This document shows, piece by piece, positions 38,911-49,977 of a DNA stretch of 64,000 bases. The stretch's first letter is position 1, and each line of letters opens with the position of its first letter. The DNA is taken from assembly GCA_037379345.1 (NCBI GenBank), contig CM074517.1, positions 5,580,001-5,644,000 on the forward strand, written 5' to 3'. The stretch is from Perna viridis (Eukaryota). Position numbers and translations under genes: made by a program. The notes beneath the pieces are model-generated. The model worked only from the letters and a program-made list of their open reading frames with translations. It did no database searches and was not told where the DNA came from.

Positions 38911-39699
38911 CGTCTCAGAATGTAACGACTATTCGCTACACTGCTCCATGGGATCAAATTTATACAGGGAAGATAACGTAAACTTATAGAAGAGTCTGAA
39001 AAATTCCCAACGATGTTAGAACTGTCAAATTTGCGATGCAAATTTTTTGTCGTTCCCTCCGCGGGACTCGAACCGTTGTGACATCTATGGCAAAACCGCC
39101 TGCACTATGTCCAGCGCCCTAGACCACTCGACCAGCTAGGCTATGTAAAAATATAGCTTTCGCTGACCGGGTCATTCCTCCTCGTAGGATTAATCTAGGG
39201 CTCTAACTCAGTACACGATGTAAGGTAGTATGGGACAGTTTATCTAGATGTTATTATGTAGGATAGAGGATCAAATTAATGATGCATGTCACAACAAATC
39301 AATATTATAAAACGTCTCAGAATGTGACGACTCTATTCGCTACACTGCTCCATCGGATCAAATTTATACAGGGAAGATAACGTAAACTTATAGAAGAGTC
39401 TGAAAAATTCCCAACGATGTTAGAACTGTCAAATTTGCGATGCAAATTTTTTGTCGTTCCCTCCGCGGGACTCGAACCGTTGTGACATCTATGGCAAAAC
39501 CGCCTGCACTATGTCCAGCGCCCTAGACCACTCGACCAGCTAGGCTATGTAAAAATATAGCTTTCGCTGACCGGGTCATTCCTCCTCGTAGGATTAATCT
39601 AGGGCTCTAACTTAGTACACGATGTATGGTAGTACGGGACAGTTTATCTAGGTGTTATTATGTAGGATAGAGGATCAAATTAAAGATGCATGTCACAAC
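38911..39699 (-). mobile_element. Tandem dimer (period 402-404 bp) of a tRNA-derived element next to a (TA)n tract
   Basis: 38911-39295 and 39313-39699 are nearly identical. (TA)n tracts at about 38886-38906 and 39907-39921. Confidence 0.85.
39054..39142 (-). pseudogene. tRNA-Leu-like Pol III head (second copy 39458-39546); not a canonical tRNA
   Basis: Minus strand shows A-box/D-arm TGGTCGAGTGGTCTAGGGCGCTGGA and B-box GGTTCGAGTCC. The acceptor and anticodon stems do not pair. Confidence 0.7.
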
Positions 39700-42629
39700 T
39701 GCAACTGAATATGACAACCTCTGATGGTATCGAGTAAGAAAATAGAGGATCTGTAACAATATACAAATACAGCCACACCAAGTATATAATACATATAAGA
39801 AGTCTAATGGGATGAGGCAACAGTACCATCTTACTTGCTAGTACATTAATATGTAGATACATAGCATGCACGGCGAGGATCAACATAGAATGTTAATACA
39901 GGGATGTATACATATATATAATCAAGTCTAAAGTAGACCCCAACTCTAGAATCGATGCAAAGTTGTAAATTGACATATAAAAGATAAAAATTGATTGATA
40001 TTTTGTGCATTTATAATATCAGCGTTTTATTTTTATTTTACTTATTGTCATTGAATGAAAATCTATTTCCTGTTTTTTTTTATGGGGGTGGAGGTTATTC
40101 ACATGAAAAGTACGATTTTGTTTAGATACGTCAGCAATTAGGAATTTACAAATTGTAAAGGTTATATGCTATTGGAACGTCTTAGATATAATAATCAGCT
40201 GTTTCTAGTAGAACGATTTGTTGTCTGTGATTCAGAATGTACAGAGTTTGGAAGACCAAAAGATTTATGAACAAACTCTTATAAGATAAAGATGAAAAGA
40301 TGTTCTTGAATTCAAACAAGCTCTGCTCCCAATTTAACATGTACGCTTACGAATTGCAAGCATAAAATGTGTAAAAAGTTATCTATGAAATATAAAAAAG
40401 GTCAAGGTAAATTCTTTTTTTCATTATTTCCATTCAATGAATCATTGTTTGTAACATCTCAACAAATAAAAACAATTGTGCTCTACTTAAACATAATCTT
40501 TAAAAATGCATTAGCTGTCATTTTCCGTAAATTTTTGTTTCTGTTGAAATATGCCTTAACTTTGAATTATATCTACTAAATTGTACTTTTACTATATAAT
40601 TTCATTCGATACCCACAAATAAAATGTGTTAACTACATGAAATAGGTGTCTATATTTTTATTGTCTTGTTAGACAAAAAATCGACCTAAATAAATTCGGA
40701 TGCATGTGACTTCTGGCGACCTTAATCCACGCACGTGCTGTAACGGTCTCTTTTTTCAAAAACAAATCTGATTGCAAAGCGAAAGTGGTAATCAACGGCA
40801 AGGAAGACCGTCGGATTCAAGCCGTAAAAGTTCGAATATAATGCAAGGATCCTTTTAAAATTTACATATTGTGATATAATGTGGCACAAATATGGTCAGT
40901 AACTGTCATTATTTATTTGAAAACTAATCAAGAAATAGATGAAATGAAATGTAAACAAGAGACGTGCTTACCTGTGTATCCGTTATTGTTATTTTTTACC
41001 AGAGTTAAAGTATTTTTAACCCAGGTCAATGTCCTGTCGGCAATCTTCGGAAGTAATGGCGATAAATAATAAGATCTAAGCTATCGAACTTCTTTGATTA
41101 AAACAAAAACGGTGTTTTCGCAATATTCTGAAGGCATTACCGACATTAACTGCTTCAATTTCATTACTACAAACTTATTTCATTGAATCAGCAAAATATC
41201 AGTAGAATCAAAACTGAACAAATTTGGCAGCTAATGCAGCTTTAAGGTTTATTCAACCATGTCCGTTTAATACCAATAATAGATGTTTTATCAACATGAA
41301 ATAAGATTTTCAAGTAAGTAAACTAACAAAGATAATTCAAAACTAGAACATTTTTAAAATTTTAATGCAATTTGACAATGTCCATTTTGTAAATACTATA
41401 AAAGTGTAGAAATATCAAATTTTGTATTCATTATGACGTTTTACTGCATTAAATTCTAGCGAAAAAAGCTGGTCATACGTATTTTCATAAGAATCAGATT
41501 ACCGTTTCTAAATCGAATGAAGTCATCACGATGTGGTTTTGTGCCCATCATTTATGGAAGGAGACCCCTCTGGGGGGGGGAGAGTAGTTCCCCTTTTAAA
41601 TTTGTATACCACACGTATGCTGTTGGACCACGTTCATCAGATGTGTACATGCAAGAAACTTTTATATCCACATTTAGTTATAAGATCAGAATAAAAGATG
41701 GCTTGGCCGTTGTTGATGTCTAGTAAATGGCAAAACAGCATGTAATGCATTAATGAAATACAGATTTTGCAGCAATAATAACACTTGCAAACGCTTTTGT
41801 TCATAACGTCACGATAAAACAATAACTTTTTTACAAACCAGTTAGATACTCGATACCCACTTGCTAAATTGTTATCGAGTCACGTATTTCTTAGATTTGA
41901 TTTAATGATTAAATAAGCATAAGATGAAGAAGATAAGCAACATGTTAGAAACATAATATGTAGGTTAACGGTCTTTAAAAGGTATAATTCTGTATCGTGT
42001 CTAAAACACTAAAATTGCATTTCATGTTTTTTGGTGGTTTGTCTTTTTTGCTTTCTTTGTTTTGTTTATTAATTTGTTCATCGGGCAAAAACGAATTATG
42101 AAATGTATCTTTTATTTTGACTTTTCAGAAAACACCAGACACGAAAAAGCATTAAAAAATTGAACTAATTTCCAATCTCTAAGTTTTAGAGTTATCAAAT
42201 CAAATATATTAGCTCTTTAAGACAGCTTCAACCTATTTCCGATTTATATTTCTTCAATTTGTCGAAAGTACGATACCACGAACAATTTGAGGTAGTGTCC
42301 TTGTAAACTCAAAGTGAACTCCTCTTTATATCTCGCAAGTCCTGTTCACATCACAATGCTGCCAAAGAAGAAAATGCATTTTCTCCATCCGGTCTTAGTT
42401 TCTAAATCATGTTAAAAGTCTCTAAAGTCGGGAATTTTTGGCCTCTGTATGTATTGTTTCGTTTTCACTTTCTTTTTTACTCTTATGCTGCTGCAGTTTA
42501 TATTTTACTGTACCTGTGAATAATGTTGTTTTGGGGCCAGCTGCCCTATGGTGTGAGGGTTTCCTCAATGTTGAAGGCAGACCAAGGATTGGTCTTGAAC
42601 TGACTTTTCACATCCCGTTGGGGTTACAT

Positions 42630-42840
42630 GCCTCTAACATACGCGATGACCAACCAGTATTTTTTTCTCATTCTACCATACTGGGTGACCAGACAGTATT
42701 CACTCCTTCATGTAACAAGCCTCTAACATACGTGATGACCAGACATTATTCACTCCTTCTAACATACACGATGACCAGACGGTATTTACTTCTTTATACT
42801 ACAAGCATTTAACGTGCACATGACTAGAGAGTATGCACTC
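42630..42840. repeat. Degenerate minisatellite
   Basis: ctaacatac.cgatgaccagacagtattcactcctt repeated about 5 times with variable spacers. Confidence 0.75.
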
Positions 42841-43888
42841 TTTTGTTATCTTGCAAAATATAAAGCACGCTCTCTTTATTTCCAACTGTTATATAATATT
42901 ATTCCAATTATTATAAACTCAAAACAGGAAGAAGTAAAATTGACTTGTAATTTATGATTTATTCACTGCGCTGAGTAGATTACTTAAAATGCCAGTAGTT
43001 GACATGTTACCCTTGTGTTGCAAATTGAATAAACCTAGAATATTATTTTGCACTCAAGTAACAATAAACACGCTTGGTACATGTGACACGATTAGTCGAA
43101 TGTGAAATTTCACGTGTTACATCACTGTCAAAAGTATCCCTGAAGAGAACCATATTAACTACAGTGATAAATCAAGCGTGATTTGAAAGTTCTAGTATTT
43201 TTTTCTTTTATTTCGCTACAATTGTTAATTTTATAAAATGCACTAAACTCTTTAAACTTAAGTCATTTTCCCTACTTTAGTGGATGCATTTAAACCTATA
43301 AAATTTGCGCTGCCTATTTTGTTAAAAACTGCTACCTGCTGATCTATGAATTATAAAATTTTTCTATATTTGCTATAATTGAGTTTTTAAACTACATTCG
43401 ACTTGACACTATTTAACAAGAAGAAAGTAAAAATGACATGGGAATGTCCTTATAAATATGCAGACTATATTTGATAACATTTTATTACAGTTTAAAACTT
43501 AGAAATCAAAGGAAGCCCCTTTCATTTTGTTCTAATTTCAATGCTCTTATTCCTTCAATATTAAATAGATTATATAAAAATGACCCGTTTAAAAATACAA
43601 TGTTGTACATTGCTTTGGTTTTCTCTTTTATTCTTTAGTACTGTAGTATGGTGTTTTTAAATAGTTGTAGACTATAACATATAACACTCATTCCTTACAA
43701 TTTAATTTTACGTTAAAATTCAACGAGAAAATCATTAAAAATGTTGATGACGTCATAGTCAAATTACAAAATTCGGTCTATGAGATGATGGACATGTTTT
43801 TCCAACATGCATGTTACTGCTGAAGTATTGTATATTACATGTTTTATTGGTAGTTACATAAATTGATTTGATTGACACCAATTACAGA

Positions 43889-44410
43889 GGAGCCCCGTGC
43901 AGGTCCCGGTGTTAAAGAATAGGTCTGCAGCAGCGCTGTCGTAAAAGGCGACTAAATAGTGCTCAGGAACCTAGCCAAGGGCTAGGCGCTCTGCCCACAG
44001 AGTAACTGGGATGTTTGCCCCAGGTGGTGGAATGAGATACCCCTGGCGTGTTACATGCTGGGGTTGTCAGGCTATAATACGGAAAACCTGACCGCAAACC
44101 ATAGTGGTGCACCGTGTTGGGAAAGATGCCACGTTCCTCGCACGTTAAAGAACCCTGCTGTGGTATTCGATAGGAGTAGGAACCTTTGCGCTCCACCACA
44201 GGAGGCTAAATTGCCCGACCTTACCCATCCTTCCCTTTTTATAGTGGCAATCAAAATATTTCGACCCTATAACCCTTGTGTCCCATCCTTTTTTTCATTT
44301 CATCATCATTCATGTTCATTTTATCATCCATTTCACGTTCATTGTCTGAAAATAGCTGAAATATTGCTGCTCGGACGTTAAACTCCAACAATCAATCAAT
44401 CAATCAATCA
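43889..44410 (+). mobile_element. SINE-like retroposon with (CAAT)n tail and structured non-tRNA 5' end
   Basis: GC-rich 520 bp. Body contains gcacgttaaagaaccc (Meta-domain-like, from memory). 3' end atagctgaaatattgct..cgttaaac..(caat)n. Imperfect 10-bp TSD caattacaga (43879-88) and caactacgga (44409-18). Confidence 0.8.
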
Positions 44411-44867
44411 ACTACGGATGATTAGAAATTGTTATATTCTGAGTATATCAACTGTTATAAAAGTTTTAAGAAACTGATAATACATCATCTCAACCAGAGC
44501 AGCAATTATTTTAAACACTCTTCATTTGGTTTATTTCTGTTTACATATGAAACGTAAGTCAACGTGCAACTGATACATCGTAGACTTCAGAAGATTGTAC
44601 TAAGATTTAAAACTGTATCACTTGTCAATCAGGTTCTCACTAAATACAGCATTTACTGACGCAAGTGTTTTAATGGTGTGAATTTATTTTTTCTTAATGT
44701 CCGAAAAACTTCCTTATTTCCCCTCGGTCTATTTTCAAGTATTTTAAAGTAATTTGTCTGAGACTATGTTTTATGGTTCCTTACGGAAGTAAATCTCGAA
44801 TTATGTAGAAGCAGTGAAAAGATTAAGTTTCTTTAGTTACCAATTTGAAAACTTTTTATGTGATTAA

Positions 44868-45144
44868 AAGAGTAATCAACGGAAGAAAGATTCGGGCGGC
44901 ATTCAAAAGAGTGTATTCCAGAAAAAGACACTACCCTGGAAAAATAGACAGAACAAAGAACATAAAATAAGCTAAATAACACGTACAAAGAAACTAAAGT
45001 AATTGAGCAACCAGAACTCCATAAAAACGTACCGCATGGACCAGTACCCCGGGAGGGTGTCACCTGTGTTTTCTAGAAAAAATCCGCCGAGTCATAAGAT
45101 ATAACGCCCAGTGAAGACAAAAGCGTAAAGAAAAACTTTGACAC
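44868..45144 (-). mobile_element. Diverged solo Naiad-type terminal repeat
   Basis: aagagtaatcaa...aaaagagtgtattccag...tgagcaacc..actcca.aaaaac..gcatggaccag...ttttctagaaa..ccgccgagt...gaaaaactttgacac. Confidence 0.75.
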
Positions 45145-46256
45145 AAAACGGTCTTTGTTGCTGTCTTATAGGACTTACAAATACAAAACCTGTAATTCTA
45201 GACAAGACAACTAGTAAGATTATTTAATGTTTTTGTTGACAGCGCATACAAGGATTGAAAAATACTATTGAACGAAATTGCAGCGGCGGAGGTTTAGCGC
45301 GCTATAAAACCTAGACTAAATCAACGTTTCCATCGAAACAAGTCCGGACTATTGCGGTGTTATAAACTTTTCGGATTTTACCTTGATATCACTATTTGTT
45401 TTACGGACTTTTCTTTTTGACGATTCCTTTCGACTACTGTATAGAGTTTATCGGTGATTATATTATCTTCATTAATATATGTATTTAGCCACTATGTTTT
45501 GAGTTTTAAAGTGATATATGAATCATGATTTATTGAATATACAATTTAGAATCATTATCAATACATTGATTTATTTAATACATACTTTGTCATGATCTAC
45601 TTGGCCTCCTACAAACCTCGTGCTGCTTGTTTTCAATTAGTAGAATTGAACTATCAATCTGAATCCTAATAAAGTCATTTTATTCTTTCTGTTCATTGTA
45701 CAAATGCATCCCGATATACTCGCACTGCACCACACACTTCAAGCGCACACCCACTCATTACTCAATTTAAATGGCAAGTTAATATTGAAGAATTTAACAA
45801 CAAGAGCAAGTTGACAATTTAATTAATTGAACTAAACGCACTTAGTATTCTGGAAATACTTCGAGAAAATTGTTTCCAATTTTAACTGATTTCTAATTTA
45901 AATGCAAATTAGTTCTTTGCGTTATTAAATTGCCGAAAGATAAAAATTCATCCACACCTAATATTTGCAAACGTTTCATATTCTCATAATCTTTTCAATT
46001 ATTTTTTTAAATAAAGAATAGTTGTTTTTGTTTCAATTAAATTGTTCAGTCGGTTGTATGTAGTATCGTTATTAATATCAGACAGAAGGTAACTCGCGCA
46101 TGTCAAAAACCTATAGAATTACCTTTTGTTTCTAATTCAAAAACAGTTACAGGTTGAATTACCAGTCTTATTTTATACTCAAATTGTTTCACTTTTGGGA
46201 TGCATATTATGCAAAAGATAGCATATAAAAACTGATGTGGGTGTTCCTGCAGCCTC

Positions 46257-46380
46257 CCTTTTCACAAAAAATCGTAAGAGTAAAATTAGTCGTAAGTGGT
46301 GAAGCCACAACTCTACTTAACTCTATTATGACATCATAACTAACGACTAATTTTACACTTAAGATTTTTTTGTGAAAAGG
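46257..46380. mobile_element. 124-bp foldback MITE
   Basis: About 41-bp inverted arms: ccttttcacaaaaaatcgtaagagtaaaattagtcgtaagt and actaacgactaattttacacttaagatttttttgtgaaaagg. Confidence 0.85.
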
Positions 46381-49300
46381 ACCGCCAGCTTTGTATCACC
46401 TCTATCATTAGCAGTGTCTGAATTATATTTGGATGGTTACTTGAACAATCGCAATGGGAAATTTGTAGTTATTTTTTAAGAACATTCATGTTTAAATCAG
46501 GACGACATCAAAAATTAAACGGACGAATGTATATTACCACCTGATGATTAAAAAAAGGGAATCACAGTCAACATGCAGCTGTGCAGTGAAAATAGATCAC
46601 GCTAATGTATAGAAAAAAATAACATTACTTTGCCAATCTGACATTCTACTAGCTTCTGGTTTCTTTGATGATATGGTCACATTATAACAAAATTAATGAT
46701 AATGTAGTGCATGATTTATTCAAAGTTCCCATGTACAATGTAGATCATCAAGATATTATTAGTTAGATATATACGTAGGGCATATTATTTACACTCTTAT
46801 TTAAAAAAACACATATACGTAATGAAATAGACATGTTTTTACATGGTTCTGACTGGTAAGTAAGGGTGACGCTTTAACATATGCATCTTTATATTTTAAT
46901 GGAAATGTCAATTAATGCTACAGTGCCACCTCCTTATTGTACACCAAGTAGGCAATATACATCATCAGTGTCTGGTGTAGAATATTCTTTCTCATATTGT
47001 GCCATAATATTTGTCTGAAAGCTGATTTAAAGCAACATAAAACTTATTAGTATACAAATTTACTACGCTAGTATATAAAACAAAACATCCAATTGAGTTA
47101 AAGGATTTAATTGCAGTGAGTTACATGCAAATAATGTCCCTGTTCACTGCTTAATGACTAGAATACTCTAATATCGTGTTTGATGAATTTAGGATTATTT
47201 TGCCCGAATTCCATGAAACGTCTCACGAGGGAATGACTGTAGACAAATTAAATTACTGAAGATATCAAAAGTCCATTCTGCCTTTATAGAGGAAAAGGTT
47301 TATACCGTAATGAAATTGTGAAGAAGTAAATGGAAAAAATATTACCATTAGCTTTACAGGAAAATACAAGAATAAGATATTATTTTGACGGGAGTGTTAA
47401 GCTGAATACAAATGAGTGATATTGAAAGGGACAAAGATATATATTTATATAAAACAAAGCGCAGATTCGTGTATTTTTTCCCATTCTATATATTTTAAAT
47501 TATCACCTTAGAATAAAATCCGTACTTTGGATAATATCTCCCCCTTTCTATCTCCCTTAGTTTCGACCATTATAAATTACGTTTAAAAATCTTTATGAAA
47601 AACCGATTGCTCTCATATTTGGTGAAATAATGTTCTGGTACCAATGGCAGAAAGGTAATAACAAATTTACCGAACTGATGAAATCAAGCTGTAATAAAAA
47701 GGAATTGTCAAATGGAAAGTCCGTATAATAAATGGCAATCCGGAAATAACTGCAATGGTCCTGGTGCAGGCATTTCAAATGAAAGGGGGATCAAACCAGG
47801 TTTTATAGACGGCTAAACTTTTAGTTTATTTCATACATTACATATTACTACCGTAAGTACCCCAACTTTCAGGGGGGGGATTGTTTTCAGGTTTCGACTA
47901 TATTGTTCGGTGAGTCGTACTAAAATTTATGAATATATATTATATTACTTATTCTCATCCGAATAAACAAGGGAGTTGTAGGTTCGGAGTTTTGAAGGGA
48001 AGGGGAACCCCATCTTCTATATCTTCATGTGCACATTCGTGAGTTAGCTTGTTTAAGGTTTGACTTGATGTATTTAACAAACCCCAACTAAAGCAATTTG
48101 TTTAGTTTCATCAAGACGTCAAAAAAAATACCCGAAGATTGATGTCAGAAACTTACTTATTAACCAATCGACATATTATATATAAAAACATAATGTACAC
48201 TTACGAGGAGATATTAAGAATTCAACATCGCCAGGAGTGTAATCTCAGACACATTGAAATCTTTCTGGAGGGTGTCTGAAATTTCCTACTTTATTTTCTG
48301 GTGTTGCTTGATTCTTTTTCTCACGCTTTCGTAACCGTGATGACGCGAATGTTTTTTTCAATCAAAACAACTGTTTACCAAGAAGCGCGGTATTGACTAG
48401 GAACCAGATTAGGAATCAGATTAAATAACTTGCATTGGCTATATATAGATATCAGGATTCTGATAATGCATATGACCTATATAGTCAATAGTAACGAGCC
48501 CCTGTGTCTGAATTGGAAATTGGGTAATGTTGGGTAATTGGGTAAACACGTCACCGATCAGCAGCTTAAAATGGGGTAGTAATATATATAATTATACAAA
48601 TCATATGCGAATGTAGAGTACTGAAAATACAAGTGCAAGAAGTCGCTAACAATATTAGTGATTTAAAAATGTACATAGAAAACCCCCTTAGGAACAGCCA
48701 TTGTTTGTATACTGTAATTTAATATGTTGGAAAAGACGATATACCCAGGTCTGTATACATTAATCCAATTCTGTATTGATTTTATCGTTCTATATCTATT
48801 TGCTTTTTGCAATCACATGAAGATACTTAAGTATGTGACAGAGGTTTTGTCTTGTCATGTTCTGCTGCTTGCTGAAAGAAAATCACATTTTTTATTGCAG
48901 GTTTTTCTGTTTTTTACTGTATCTTTTTTTTTTCATACAAAGATTATTTGTATGATTGATAGTTAATAAATAATTTCGACAACAGAGTTTAAAACATCTG
49001 CACGAAAAGAAATATTGCAATAAATATTTTTTTAATGAAGTGAATATATTGATATTATAGACGCTATTGTTTTAAGTGAAAGTTTTTGTTGTAGTTATTT
49101 TGTGTGTGTGTTTATTTCTTCTTACCTTAATTCTATCCTTCACATCTTTCGGATAAGATTTCTGGGAAATACTATGTTACAACAAGGTTGAGTTTATAGT
49201 AAAAATACCAACCATTCATCTCAACCATCGGGACACATTAGTTCATTAGTCGGTGAATGTTTTTAAGTAAAATGCCCATCCAACATCTGCACCGGACCTG

Positions 49301-49428
49301 TGGTATTATTCTTCCTCAAAGCTTACTTAAAGGTGTGTTAATACTTGATGAGGACCTTCTCTGAAAGTATTTACTTTTTTGTTGTTATGTTACACCATCA
49401 GTGAATTTGTGAAATTTCATCATATCCG

Positions 49429-49543
49429 TTTCTTCTTCTTCTTTTTCTTCTTTCTTTCTTTCTTTCTTTCTTTCTTTTCTTCCTACTTCTTTTTTACTTC
49501 TTATTCTTCGTCCTCTTCTTCATATTCTTTTCTTTATTATTAT
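49429..49543. repeat. Compound CTT/CTTT/TTA microsatellite
   Basis: Read directly from the sequence. Confidence 0.9.
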
Positions 49544-49561
49544 TGAAGAGCTTATGATGAC

Positions 49562-49977
49562 CAAGTCATAGTTTTCCCTCGTTTTTATCTGGTGTGTGTA
49601 AGTTGACAGTTTTCAAGTCATAGTTTTCCCTCGTTTTTATCTGGTGTGTGTAAGTTGACAGTTTTCAAATCATAGTTTTCCATCGTTTTTATCTGGTGTG
49701 TGTAAGTTGACAGTTTTCAAGTCATAGTTTTCCCTCGTTTTTATCTGGTGTGTGTAAGTTGACAGTTTTCAAATCATAGTTTTCCATCGTTTTCATCTGG
49801 TGTGTGTAAGTTGACAGTTTTCAAGTCATAGTTTTCCCTCGTTTTTATCTGGTGTGTGTAAGTTGACAGTTTTCAAGTCATAGTTTTCCCTCGTTTTTAT
49901 CTGGCGTGTGTAAGTTGACAGTTTTCAAGTCATAGTTTTCCATCGTTTTTATCTGGTGTGTGTAAGTTGACAGTTTT
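49562..49977. repeat. Homogeneous minisatellite, 52 bp x 8
   Basis: Unit caagtcatagttttccctcgtttttatctggtgtgtgtaagttgacagtttt, with starts at 49562, 49614 and so on. Confidence 0.97.

Noticed and set aside
39054-39142. Functional tRNA-Leu gene
   Set aside because: The acceptor and anticodon stems do not pair and the sequence is part of a repeat.
49562-49977. CRISPR-like array (also 37505-37700 and 62270-64000)
   Set aside because: Head-to-tail repeats with no unique spacers, no cas genes and a eukaryotic context.
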